A stretch of 64,000 nt of DNA from a bacterium (GCA_021799575.1 JAJZAD010000004.1:7062-71061); one strand, 5' to 3'; counted from the stretch's first letter, positions 1 to 9,970 are shown. Notes: generated from the letters alone by a model not told the origin. A program made the numbers and translations.

Positions 1-4
1 CACA

Positions 5-1234
5 ATGCATGAAACACAAAATCAATGCTTCGTAGGTTTAGATATAGGTACCAGTTATGTCCGTTGCGTAGTGGGTATGATTGAACCCGGTACGTCGGGT
101 CATCTATCCATTATCGGACATGGGTCAGCCAAAAACAGCGGTATGCGTAAAGGTACGGTGGTACATATTGACGATGTTGCCAATGCAATCATTCAAGCGG
201 TTACCGAGACTGAGCGTATCAGCGGTCAACGGATCCGCAAAGCTACCGTGAACGTTAACGGTTCCCATATGCTGGGTTTTAATTCCAGGGGCGTGATAGC
301 CATAAGTGCAGCTAACCGGGAAATAACGGATGAGGACAGAATACGAGTGGAAGAAGCGGCGACGGTCGTATCATTGCCGGCCAATAGGGAAATTGTCCAG
401 TTTTTTGCTAAAAGCTATTCTTTGGACGGCCAGACTAATATTAAGGATCCGGTAGGAATGCACGGTATTCGTTTGGAAGTAGATGCCCACATTGTGACCG
501 CTGCCAGTCCGAACTTACGTAATCTGGCTCAGGCTTTGGAGAAGGCGGAAATTTCCCCGTCTAATTACACTGTTTCATCTTTAGCATCAGCCGAAGCGGT
601 TTTAACAAGGCAACAAAAAGAGGCAGGGACATTAATTATGGATATCGGGTCGGGTACGACTAATCTAATTGTTGTTGAAGACGGAGAAATTCAACATGTT
701 GCGGTGATACCGGTAGGAGGAACTAATCTGACAAATGATCTGGCCATCGGCCTTAAGACGGATTTGGACGTGGCGGAAAAGGTTAAATTGGAGCATGCTT
801 CATTAATCGATGACGGCACTAAATCAACCATAAGTGTAAGGTTAAATAAACAAACATATCCTTTCGATTTTAGTGATGTTTTTCTGATCACGGAAGCGCG
901 TATTGAAGAATTACTGGAACTGGTAGATAAAGAACTGACCAAAATCAAACGTTCACGCAAGCTACCGGGAGGAGTGGTACTAACCGGCGGCAGTGCCAGG
1001 TTACCAGGACTGGCCGAATTTACCAGAGACAAACTGCAATTACCGGCTCGAACCGGTAAGATTCAGAATGTCGGAGGCCTTGTCGACACGGTTGAGAGTC
1101 CTGAGTATTGTACAGTTGTCGGTTTGATGATATTGGATATGTTGTTACTACCAAGCACACAATTGCCGCAATCGGGTCTAAATCAGACCTTAAATATGGT
1201 AGACCGTCTTTTCAAACGCTTTAAGAAGACTTAA
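5..1234 (+). CDS. ftsA: Cell division protein FtsA
   Basis: Actin-like ATPase motifs VGLDIGTS, DIGSGTT, VVLTGGSA; directly upstream of ftsZ. Confidence 0.97.
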   Translation: MHETQNQCFVGLDIGTSYVRCVVGMIEPGTSGHLSIIGHGSAKNSGMRKGTVVHIDDVANAIIQAVTETERISGQRIRKATVNVNGSHMLGFNSRGVIAISAANREITDEDRIRVEEAATVVSLPANREIVQFFAKSYSLDGQTNIKDPVGMHGIRLEVDAHIVTAASPNLRNLAQALEKAEISPSNYTVSSLASAEAVLTRQQKEAGTLIMDIGSGTTNLIVVEDGEIQHVAVIPVGGTNLTNDLAIGLKTDLDVAEKVKLEHASLIDDGTKSTISVRLNKQTYPFDFSDVFLITEARIEELLELVDKELTKIKRSRKLPGGVVLTGGSARLPGLAEFTRDKLQLPARTGKIQNVGGLVDTVESPEYCTVVGLMILDMLLLPSTQLPQSGLNQTLNMVDRLFKRFKKT

Positions 1235-1346
1235 ATTATTGAAAAAGAATAAAAAATAGTTGGTCTTTAATGCTGGTCACACAGCACATGAATAACTATT
1301 TATAACCCTAAACAGGGTAAATGGATTTGGATGTACACAATTTTTG

Positions 1347-1374
1347 TTGACCTGAGTATTAAGCAGGGTATACT
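1347..1374 (+). promoter_or_regulatory. Sigma70-type promoter for ftsZ
   Basis: TTGACC (1347-1352), 16 bp, TATACT (1369-1374); SD AAGGAG before ATG 1412. Confidence 0.6.
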
Positions 1375-1411
1375 TGAATTTAGAAATTAAAAGCTTAAGG
1401 AGAGACTGTTA

Positions 1412-2725
1412 ATGGCACAGGTTGTCGAACCTGAAATTGAAACATTCGCGCAAATCAAAGTAGTCGGGGTTGGCGGTGCAGGCGGTGCCGCGATCAACAG
1501 AATGGTCGAGGCCGGGGTAGAAAATGTTGAGTTTATAGCCATTAACACCGACGCTCAGGCGCTGCATCATTCCAAAGCGAATAAAAAAGTCCATATCGGT
1601 AAGGATACCACCAGAGGCTTGGGTGCCGGAGCAGATCCCAAAGTGGGTGAAAAAGCCGCCGAAGAATCCATCGATGATATTAAAAAGGCTCTAGAGGGAG
1701 CGGATATGGTTTTTGTCACCATAGGTGCCGGTGGCGGAACCGGTAGTGGAGCGGGTCACGTGGTAGCCAAATTAGCTAAAGAGAACGGTTCTTTAGTAGT
1801 GGGATTTGCCACCAAACCGTTTGCCTTCGAAGGAGATAAAAGACGACGCAATGCCGAGGAAGCCATTGAAAAACTGCGTCAGGCCGTAGATACGGTAATT
1901 ATTGTTCCGAACGACCGTTTACTGCAAACAATCGATCGTCAGACACCTCTGGTTGAAGCTTTTAAGGTAGCCGACGATGTTCTACGGCAAGGTGTTCAGG
2001 GCATATCTGATTTAATTACGGTTCACGGTTTAATCAATCTGGATTTTGCCGATGTTAAGGCGGTAATGAGCAATGCCGGAACGGCCTTAATGGGTATAGG
2101 TCGGGCAAGCGGCGACGAAAGGGCGATCAAGGCGGCTAAACAGGCTATCGAATCTCCGTTGCTTGAGGTATCGATCGACGGAGCTAGAGGTATTTTATTT
2201 AACGTTATAGGTGGAAACGACCTGGCAATGCACGAAATCAATTCTGCGGCTGAGGCAATCACCTCTGCCGCTGATCCTGACGCTAATATTATTTTCGGAG
2301 CTACCATTAACCCTGAAATTGCCGGCGAACTGATTATTACGGTTGTAGCCACCGGATTTGATGCAAGTTATTTTGCCCAACGTCCTCGGCCTGAAGCCGT
2401 GGGGTTAAAAGAGGGTAAAGGACTATTGGCGCCGGCGGATGAAGAAACTGCCATGAGTGAAATCGATACCGATCTTGATGACAATACGGAAAGTGATTTC
2501 GTTAGCGAATCACCTATGCCGAATATCTGGACAATTGACGAAGACAATGAAGAATCCGCTGAAAATCATAAACAGACCGCCCAAGAAGACGATAATCACA
2601 ACCACGGTGAAGCGGTAGTGAGCAGCAAGCTAGAAGAAGATCTTGAAAAACCTTCATTCTTACGCTTGCGCCGCAAGAATCGCAAGCACAAAACAGAGAA
2701 CAACGGCGAAGAGAAAAAAGATTAA
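1412..2725 (+). CDS. ftsZ: Cell division protein FtsZ
   Basis: Tubulin signature [23 protein letters not shown]; long acidic linker; C-terminal peptide DLEKPSFLR. Confidence 0.99.
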   Translation: MAQVVEPEIETFAQIKVVGVGGAGGAAINRMVEAGVENVEFIAINTDAQALHHSKANKKVHIGKDTTRGLGAGADPKVGEKAAEESIDDIKKALEGADMVFVTIGAGGGTGSGAGHVVAKLAKENGSLVVGFATKPFAFEGDKRRRNAEEAIEKLRQAVDTVIIVPNDRLLQTIDRQTPLVEAFKVADDVLRQGVQGISDLITVHGLINLDFADVKAVMSNAGTALMGIGRASGDERAIKAAKQAIESPLLEVSIDGARGILFNVIGGNDLAMHEINSAAEAITSAADPDANIIFGATINPEIAGELIITVVATGFDASYFAQRPRPEAVGLKEGKGLLAPADEETAMSEIDTDLDDNTESDFVSESPMPNIWTIDEDNEESAENHKQTAQEDDNHNHGEAVVSSKLEEDLEKPSFLRLRRKNRKHKTENNGEEKKD

Positions 2726-2752
2726 ATCGTAAATTATACAGCGTTTATGCTA

Positions 2753-2808
2753 TTGCAAAGCGCTATAGATAGAGCTATATTGAAGGTATCAAGCGCTATA
2801 TATAGGAA
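2753..2808 (+). promoter_or_regulatory. nrdR-nrdJ promoter with tandem NrdR boxes
   Basis: TTGCAA (2753), 17 bp, TATATT (2776); palindromic boxes gcgCTATAGATAGagc (2760-2775) and gcgCTATATATAGgaa (2793-2808) match the CwATATATwG NrdR core, 33 bp apart. Confidence 0.75.
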
Positions 2809-2946
2809 TTAAATGATACATGCGCTAGCGTTCATTTAAAAACAAACAGTTCAAAAACAACCAGAAGCCTTGATTTAACAGATAAAGAACATATTTTGTA
2901 ATCATCGGCTTTATCGGTTAAAGGCTATAATGGAGGTTAACGACAG

Positions 2947-3426
2947 ATGCAGTGCAGTAAATGCCATAGCGAAGATATACGGGTTATCGAATCGCGAGAT
3001 TCCGCCGATCGACAAGCAATCAGGCGTCGGAGAATGTGCAATAGTTGCGGCTATCGATTTACGACCTATGAGCGTATTGAACGACCACAGTTAATAGTTA
3101 TTAAACACGACGGCACAAGACAGATGTTTAACCGGGAAAAATTATTGACCGGACTGTATAAAGCTTGCGAGAAGACTCCAGTCACTAGCGTACAGCTAGA
3201 GCAAATGGTAAGCGATATTGAAGATGCTCTATATGCCTGTGGCGACCAAGAAGTCAGTTCGGCTATGATAGGCGATATGGTAATGCAGCGACTAAGTTTG
3301 CTTAACGAGGTGGCTTATGTGCGTTTTGCGAGCGTATACCGTCGATTCAAAGATATCGCCGGCTTCGAAAAAGAACTAAGCCATATTCGCGAGCAAAACC
3401 GGTTGCAGAAAACCGCACACATCTAA
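2947..3426 (+). CDS. nrdR: Transcriptional repressor NrdR
   Basis: Zn ribbon CSKC...RRRRMCNSCGYRFTTYE, ATP-cone, VAYVRFASVYRRF. Confidence 0.98.
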   Translation: MQCSKCHSEDIRVIESRDSADRQAIRRRRMCNSCGYRFTTYERIERPQLIVIKHDGTRQMFNREKLLTGLYKACEKTPVTSVQLEQMVSDIEDALYACGDQEVSSAMIGDMVMQRLSLLNEVAYVRFASVYRRFKDIAGFEKELSHIREQNRLQKTAHI

Positions 3427-3453
3427 AATTAAAATAAATACTTTGGATTGAAT

Positions 3454-3616
3454 GTTCTCTTTGGCTTAACAATGAAGCATATTTTTGCAAGTCAAAGAGA
3501 GCTTTCAAAAGGCGCAATTTGACGCTTTTTGACAACTCCAATAAACACATTAAAATATTAAAAAAATTAAAAGTTTTCGGACTTTAGCTAAAAAATAAAA
3601 GCTTAATTTTTGGAGT
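3454..3616 (+). promoter_or_regulatory. Structured intergenic/5' leader upstream of nrdJ
   Basis: Helices 3454-3467/3489-3502, 3505-3514/3523-3532 and 3535-3541/3610-3616, the last enclosing a UUCG hairpin (3570-3585). Confidence 0.45.
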
Positions 3617-3663
3617 AGCTTTTAGAAAAGTTCAATACTTTAAAGAAAAGGAAGGGTACAACA

Positions 3664-6432
3664 ATGGGACAAGCAACCGACCTAGGGGTGGGGCGGATAT
3701 TCACCCCAGCGAAAAGTAAGGCATACGATCAGTTAGAATGGGAGACTCGCCATTCGTTGCTTACTAATCAACAGACCAATGAGGTCGTATTCGAACAGGA
3801 CAATATAGAGTTTCCAAAAGGCTGGTCTCAGAATGCCATTAACATCGTTGCACAAAAATATTTCAGTGGCACTCCCGGTACCAAGGGCAGGGAATATTCT
3901 CTGAAACAACTGATAGATCGTGTAGTTGATACGATTGTCCGTCAAGGTGTAAATGAGGGCTATTTTGATTCTGAAACCGCGACCGAAGATTTTCGCGAAG
4001 AGCTAAAGTACATATTGGCAACCCAGAGGGCGGCATTTAATTCACCGGTTTGGTTTAACATAGGAGTAGAAGGCCGTACTCAACAGGCTAGTGCCTGTTT
4101 TATTCTAGGTATTGAAGACACTATGCCTTCAATCCTCAACTGGTATGTCGAAGAGGGCATGATCTTTAAAGGCGGATCAGGTTCAGGCATTAACCTCAGT
4201 CCTTTAAGGTCAAGTATCGAACCCCTAGGCAAAAGTGCCGGTACGGCAAGCGGTCCCTTAAGTTTTATGCGCGGCGCGGATGCCAGTGCAGGTGCCATTA
4301 AAAGCGGCGGTAAAACCAGACGAGCGGCCAAAATGGTCATCTTGAATGTTGATCATCCTGATATCTACGACTTCATATGGTGCAAGGCTATAGAAGAACG
4401 CAAAGCACGTGATCTGCAAAATCTAGGTTGGGATATGAGTTTGGACGGAAAAGATAGTTTCTCGGTCCAGTATCAAAACGCCAATCTATCGGTGCGCGTA
4501 ACCGATGAGTTTATGGAAGCAGTAGAGAACGACGAGGATTGGAATTTACGCGCGGTAACCACCGGTAAAACCTTGCGTACCGTTAAAGCTCGCGATCTTT
4601 TCCACCAGTTAGCGGAAGCCGCATGGGAATGCGCCGATCCCGGCATGCAATTCGATACGGTTATTAACCATTGGCACACTACACCTAAAGCTGGTCGGAT
4701 TAACGGTTCTAATCCGTGTAGTGAATATATGCATTTGGACAATTCAGCATGTAATTTAGCCAGTATTAACCTGCTTAAGTTTTTAAAAGAAGACGGTACA
4801 TTCATGATCGATGAATTCAAGCATGTGGTCGAAATAGTCTTTACCGCTCAGGAGATATTGGTGGGATATAGTTCCTACCCGACAGAAAAAATTGCTAAGA
4901 ATGCCCGGGCTTACAGAGAATTAGGTATCGGTTATGCCAATCTGGGTGCCCTGTTAATGGCTCAAGGCTTACCTTACGATAGCGAAGAAGGAAGAGCACA
5001 GGCTGCGGCAATAACTGCCCTAATGACCGGTCATTCTTATGTGACTTCGGCTAAAATGGCTGCCAAGGTCGGCCCGTTTGCCGGTTTTAACAAAGATCGC
5101 GAAAGTATGATACGAGTCCTCAAGCAGCACCGGGCGGAAGTTTCTAAGATCAATGCCAGTTTAGTTAGCGAAGACTTGCTAAGTGCGGCCACGAATGCCT
5201 GGGATGAGGCTGTAGAGCTAGGTGAACGTTATGGGGTACGTAATTCCCAGGCTAGCTTGTTGGCACCGACAGGGACTATTGGTTTGATGATGGACTGTGA
5301 CACAACCGGAATCGAACCGGATCTGGGACTGGTTAAGGTTAAAAAATTGGTTGGTGGCGGATATATGAGCATTGTCAACCAAACTGTTCCCAGGGCCCTA
5401 AAAGCCCTCGGATACAGAAAGACTCAGATTGCCGATATCGTTAACTATATTGATTCGGAAAAGACGATTGTCGGAGCGCCTCACCTTAAACCGGAACATT
5501 TACCTGTATTCGCTTGCTCTATGGGGGATAACTCCATCCACTATCTTGGACACGTAAAGATGATGGGGGCAGTTCAGCCATTTCTTTCCGGAGCAATCTC
5601 TAAAACGGTCAATATGCCAGAAGACGTAACTGTCGAGGACGTCGAGCAGTTGCATTTGGATGCTTGGAGGATGGGTCTTAAGGCGGTCGCTATTTACAGG
5701 GACAACTGTAAAGTGGCTCAACCTCTTTCCATGGCCAAACGAGAAGACGCTAGCGCTACTACTGATAACCAGGCTAAGGAAGGTGGCAAAATAATAATTA
5801 CCGGACCGGCACGTCGCAAGTTACCTAAAATCAGGAACAGCCGTACCTATAAATTCCAAGTTTCCGACCTAGACGGTTACTTTACGGTTGGAGAGTACGA
5901 GGATGGCAAACCGGGAGAACTGTTTATTAATGTCAGTAAACAAGGCAGTACCTTACGCGGGCTTATGGATTCGTTTGCCATTTCAGTCAGTCTGGGTTTG
6001 CAATACGGTGTTCCGTTAAAGCATTATGTGAGAATTTTGCGCGGTACTACGTTTGCACCCTCCGGCATAACTGACGATAAACAAATCACCACAGCAAGTT
6101 CGATTACCGACTATATCTTAAGACGTTTAGCCTTAGACTACCTAAGTTTTGAAGATAGACTGGAACTGGGTTTGGCGGATATTACGGAATTGAAAACCTC
6201 AGACCAGCAAACTTCGTTGATCGGCGAATCGACGGTTCAAAATGAAGAAAAAGCAGTCGCTGAAACCGAGCCTAACATAGATACGACAATAACCGTAAAA
6301 GAAGACATTTCCATTAAGCAAGTCGTTACCGATCCAACAGCACCCCTATGCTATAACTGCGGTAATCAAACTCAGCGATCAGGTAGTTGTTACGTCTGTA
6401 CAGCTTGCGGTAGTACTACAGGTTGTAGCTAG
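3664..6432 (+). CDS. nrdJ: Class II (adenosylcobalamin-dependent) ribonucleotide reductase
   Basis: QASACFI, NPCSE thiyl-radical motif, ACNLAS, APTGTI, ISKTVN; C-terminal TSCPD-like domain and CxxC...CxxCxxC Zn ribbon; follows nrdR. Confidence 0.95.
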   Translation: MGQATDLGVGRIFTPAKSKAYDQLEWETRHSLLTNQQTNEVVFEQDNIEFPKGWSQNAINIVAQKYFSGTPGTKGREYSLKQLIDRVVDTIVRQGVNEGYFDSETATEDFREELKYILATQRAAFNSPVWFNIGVEGRTQQASACFILGIEDTMPSILNWYVEEGMIFKGGSGSGINLSPLRSSIEPLGKSAGTASGPLSFMRGADASAGAIKSGGKTRRAAKMVILNVDHPDIYDFIWCKAIEERKARDLQNLGWDMSLDGKDSFSVQYQNANLSVRVTDEFMEAVENDEDWNLRAVTTGKTLRTVKARDLFHQLAEAAWECADPGMQFDTVINHWHTTPKAGRINGSNPCSEYMHLDNSACNLASINLLKFLKEDGTFMIDEFKHVVEIVFTAQEILVGYSSYPTEKIAKNARAYRELGIGYANLGALLMAQGLPYDSEEGRAQAAAITALMTGHSYVTSAKMAAKVGPFAGFNKDRESMIRVLKQHRAEVSKINASLVSEDLLSAATNAWDEAVELGERYGVRNSQASLLAPTGTIGLMMDCDTTGIEPDLGLVKVKKLVGGGYMSIVNQTVPRALKALGYRKTQIADIVNYIDSEKTIVGAPHLKPEHLPVFACSMGDNSIHYLGHVKMMGAVQPFLSGAISKTVNMPEDVTVEDVEQLHLDAWRMGLKAVAIYRDNCKVAQPLSMAKREDASATTDNQAKEGGKIIITGPARRKLPKIRNSRTYKFQVSDLDGYFTVGEYEDGKPGELFINVSKQGSTLRGLMDSFAISVSLGLQYGVPLKHYVRILRGTTFAPSGITDDKQITTASSITDYILRRLALDYLSFEDRLELGLADITELKTSDQQTSLIGESTVQNEEKAVAETEPNIDTTITVKEDISIKQVVTDPTAPLCYNCGNQTQRSGSCYVCTACGSTTGCS

Positions 6433-6454
6433 ATTGGTGTAAACTAAAAGCACA

Positions 6455-6730
6455 ATGAAAGTGCTAGTGCTTTATAGACCTAGATCTGAACATAGGCAGG
6501 CGGTTGAAGAATTCATCAGACGCTATAATGAATCATATACTGATTCATCGCTAGAAGTACTGGACGTCGATCAAAGAGACGGATCTGCTACTGCCAGCCT
6601 ATACGACATTTTACAATACCCCGGGTTTTTAATACTGCGCGATGACGGAAGCGTTCTTCAAAGCTGGCAAGGCCCAGATAATATACCAAAAATCGAAGAT
6701 GTCCACTACTATGTTACTTCCAGTATTTAA
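6455..6730 (+). CDS. Small thioredoxin-fold-like protein lacking cysteines
   Basis: Pattern VLVLY-RPRSEH-helix-EVLDVD-helix-YDILQYP-FLILRDDG resembles a thioredoxin fold; no CxxC. Confidence 0.6.
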   Translation: MKVLVLYRPRSEHRQAVEEFIRRYNESYTDSSLEVLDVDQRDGSATASLYDILQYPGFLILRDDGSVLQSWQGPDNIPKIEDVHYYVTSSI

Positions 6731-6757
6731 TTAAAATGTTACAATAGTTGATGACAA

Positions 6758-6959
6758 ATCCGTTTGTAGCAGTTATCACCTGCGATGGATCGGGAAGAAA
6801 TACGTCTTCATGAAAGCGTAGATTAGAACCCGCCGGCTATAAGGGACCGTTATTCCCGAAAAGTAATTAAGTGCTTTTAAGGCCAAGCCTCAAAAGAAGT
6901 CGGATGGTACCGTCCCTGAAACTCTGGGATTCCGATAAGTTTTGAGGCTTATTTTTATT
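6758..6959 (+). promoter_or_regulatory. T-box riboswitch leader of ileS (Ile specifier AUC)
   Basis: T-box domain UCGGA-UGGUACC-GUCCC...GGGAU-UCCGA (6900-6935); CCGUUA in stem IIA/B (6847-6852); short stem I GCAG-uuAUCac-CUGC with AUC at 6775-6777. Confidence 0.9.
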
Positions 6960-6971
6960 AAGGGGTTAAAA

Positions 6972-9881
6972 ATGAAGTTTACCAAAGCCAGCCGACGTTC
7001 ACCAAAAGAATATGAGGCCGAGCTTATTAAATACTGGATAGTTAACCGGATTTTCGAACGCTCAGTCGAGCAGCGTCCAAAAGAAAACTTATACGTTTTT
7101 TATGACGGCCCACCTTTTATAACGGGAGTTCCACACCACGGTACACTATTGTCCAGCGTAGTCAAGGATGCCGTTCCTAGATTTTGGACCATGAAGGGTA
7201 AACGTGTAGAAAGAGTGTGGGGCTGGGACTGTCATGGTTTACCTGCCGAAGTATTCACGGAAAGCAAGTTAGGGATTCGTGATAAAAGAGATATAGGTAC
7301 TAAAATCAGCCTTGAGAACTATATTTTAACCTGTCGTGAAAACATGGTAGTGACAGGCAATTTATGGGAAGAAACTATCGAGCGCATAGGACGGTGGGTT
7401 AACTTTAAAGGGGCCTATAGAACGATGGATAAGGACTATATGGAATCCGTCTGGTGGGCCTTTAAACAGTTATATGATAAAGGTAAGATCTATGAAGGTG
7501 AGAAAGTTTTACTCTACTGCATACGTGATGCTACACCGATTTCCAAAGCCGAAGTGGCGCAGGATAATACCTACCAAGAAGATACCGATCCATCGGTCTA
7601 TGTTAGGTTTAAACTGAAAAATAGTAATCTTTACTTACTGGCATGGACAACTACGCCGTGGACATTACCTGCCAATACTGCGCTTGCAGTTAATTCCAGA
7701 TTGGATTACGCCGAGGTGGAAATTGGCGGAGAACGGCTAATAATCGCCAAAGCCTTACTGGATAAAGTGCTAACTAATGAAAAGCATGAGGTATTAGACT
7801 ATAAAATTATCCGAAGCTTTAAAGGTACGGAATTAATCGGAAAGCAATACGAACCGTTATTTGAGAATTTGGGTGGCAATGCCCATAAGATATGGGATGC
7901 AGACTATGTTAGTGTTGACGAAGGTACCGGTATAGTTCATCTGGCACCCGCATATGGGGAAGAAGATTATGATTTGGCGCGGGCCAATAATATTCCACTT
8001 GTAGCTAACGTGGACGATTACGGTGTTTATACCTCAGGTGAGTGGGAAGGGATGAACGTTTGGGAAGCTAACCGGCTGATAGCGAGGACTTTGCACCACC
8101 GTGGCATAGTATGGCGGGTAGACTTTATTACTCACCAGTACCCGCATTGTCATCGGTGCGGTACGAAACTAATTTATCGCGCTCACCCCAGTTGGTTTAT
8201 GGATATAAGTTCTCAAAAGTCCCAAATGCTCGAGCTAAATCGTAATATTTATTGGTTCCCCGAGCATATTAAGACCGGTCGGTTTATTAAAACAGTAGAA
8301 AGTGCTCCTGATTGGAATATTAGCCGGGATAGATTCTGGGCTACGGCAATGCCAGTCTGGAAAGGGGTGGACAGTGAAGGCAAGGAACATATAAAAGTTA
8401 TCGGTAGTTATCAAGAGTTAAAAGAACTGTCCGGAATTGAACTGGAGGATTATCACCGCCCATGGATTGACGATGTTAGCTTTAATATTGACGGCGTTGA
8501 GTATAAGCGGATCGATAAAGTATTGGATTGTTGGTTTGAAAGCGGCAGCATGCCCTTCGCCCAATTTCATTATCCGTTTGAAAACAAAGAAAAATTTGAG
8601 CACAATTTTCCGGCAGACTTTGTATCGGAATATGTTGGTCAAGTCAGAGCATGGTTTTATTATTTACACGCTATCAGTACGGCCTTATTTGACACCCACG
8701 CCTTTAATAACGTTATTGTTACTGGGACTTTAGCAGGCAATGACGGCCGGAAGATGAGTAAAAGTTACGGTAACTTTACAGACCCTAATATTTTGATGGA
8801 TCAATACAGCGCCGATGCACTTAGGTTTTTACTTCTTAGTTCGCCGGTGTTGAACGCGGAGGACTTTTCGCTGATGGATAAAGATGTGGCCGATGTTAGT
8901 CGTAAACTGTCTATGATCTGGAATATTTATGATTTCTTCAGCCTTTATGCCGATGTAGACGGATGGGAATGGGATGAAAACAGTACCGACAACTATCCTC
9001 CTGATTCAGACCATATTCTGGATCGTTGGATTATTTCTCGCGTACACGAGCTAAACCTGGTGATTGATTCCAGTATGCAAAGTTACGATATTCCCGGAGC
9101 GCTCAAAGAGGTACTGCCTTTTATCGATGATGTTTCAAATTGGTATGTCAGGCGCTCCCGCAAACGATTCTGGAAGACCGAAAACGATCTGGATAAGAAT
9201 CAGGCGTATCAAACGCTGCATTATATTTTGTTACAGCTGTCGCTGTTATTAGCGCCCTTCATTCCGTTTCTAAGTGAAGAACTATATCGTAAACTCACCG
9301 GAGGGTTAAGCGTTCATTTATTGGATTGGCCTCAAGCCGGTTCAATTGATCATGATCTACTCGCGCAGATGAAATACGTAAGAGAAATAATTAACGAAGG
9401 TCTTCGGCAACGAGCAAGTGAAGGCATTAAAGTCAGACAACCTCTGCAATCAGTGAGTATCCCAACCAACGACGAAGTTAAATTAAGTGGAGTCTTACAA
9501 TCAATCATAGCCGAAGAACTTAATGTTAAGGAGGTTAAAGAATTGGTATCGAAGAATTCGTCTACCCAGTTGTTAGCCGTTATGGATTTGCGACTTACTC
9601 CCGAGCTGAAAAAAGAAGGTATTGCCAGAGAAATAATTAGGAATGTTCAGAACGCGCGTAAAAATGCCGGTCTGAACGTCGATGACAGGATAGATCTGCA
9701 ATTAGGGTCTACTGCGGAAGCGGTAAGACAGGCTTATACGACTAAGGAACTGGCTGAACTTATACAACACGAAACTTTAGCTTTAACTCTAAACCAGTTG
9801 GAATTAAGCAATGCTTATGCGGAAGCGGTCAATATAGATGGTGCTGAACTAGGTATTAAATTGAAGGTTGCCGGAACCTGA
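6972..9881 (+). CDS. ileS: Isoleucine--tRNA ligase, type 2 (IleRS2)
   Basis: FYDGPPF, GWDCHGLP, WTTTPWTLP, GTGIVHLAP, DWNISRDRFW, KMSKS; C-terminus lacks a Zn finger; ATG 6972 with SD AAGGGG preferred over TTG 6942. Confidence 0.97.
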   Translation: MKFTKASRRSPKEYEAELIKYWIVNRIFERSVEQRPKENLYVFYDGPPFITGVPHHGTLLSSVVKDAVPRFWTMKGKRVERVWGWDCHGLPAEVFTESKLGIRDKRDIGTKISLENYILTCRENMVVTGNLWEETIERIGRWVNFKGAYRTMDKDYMESVWWAFKQLYDKGKIYEGEKVLLYCIRDATPISKAEVAQDNTYQEDTDPSVYVRFKLKNSNLYLLAWTTTPWTLPANTALAVNSRLDYAEVEIGGERLIIAKALLDKVLTNEKHEVLDYKIIRSFKGTELIGKQYEPLFENLGGNAHKIWDADYVSVDEGTGIVHLAPAYGEEDYDLARANNIPLVANVDDYGVYTSGEWEGMNVWEANRLIARTLHHRGIVWRVDFITHQYPHCHRCGTKLIYRAHPSWFMDISSQKSQMLELNRNIYWFPEHIKTGRFIKTVESAPDWNISRDRFWATAMPVWKGVDSEGKEHIKVIGSYQELKELSGIELEDYHRPWIDDVSFNIDGVEYKRIDKVLDCWFESGSMPFAQFHYPFENKEKFEHNFPADFVSEYVGQVRAWFYYLHAISTALFDTHAFNNVIVTGTLAGNDGRKMSKSYGNFTDPNILMDQYSADALRFLLLSSPVLNAEDFSLMDKDVADVSRKLSMIWNIYDFFSLYADVDGWEWDENSTDNYPPDSDHILDRWIISRVHELNLVIDSSMQSYDIPGALKEVLPFIDDVSNWYVRRSRKRFWKTENDLDKNQAYQTLHYILLQLSLLLAPFIPFLSEELYRKLTGGLSVHLLDWPQAGSIDHDLLAQMKYVREIINEGLRQRASEGIKVRQPLQSVSIPTNDEVKLSGVLQSIIAEELNVKEVKELVSKNSSTQLLAVMDLRLTPELKKEGIAREIIRNVQNARKNAGLNVDDRIDLQLGSTAEAVRQAYTTKELAELIQHETLALTLNQLELSNAYAEAVNIDGAELGIKLKVAGT

Positions 9882-9940
9882 TTCCATACCAAACTTAAAA
9901 TTAAAACTCAAAAACTTCGTATCCGCCGGTTTCTATCTCT

Positions 9941-9970
9941 TTGACACTTGCACCTTATATCTGGTAGAAT
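9941..9970 (+). promoter_or_regulatory. Sigma70 promoter for rplU
   Basis: TTGACA (9941), 18 bp, TAGAAT (9965), extended TG. Confidence 0.65.

Noticed and set aside
3427..3663. Cobalamin riboswitch upstream of nrdJ
   Set aside because: No B12 box or GGGAA/GCCACUG core; too AT-rich
3664..6432. Intein or intron in nrdJ
   Set aside because: Catalytic motifs are normally spaced, the ORF is continuous and there are no intein terminal motifs
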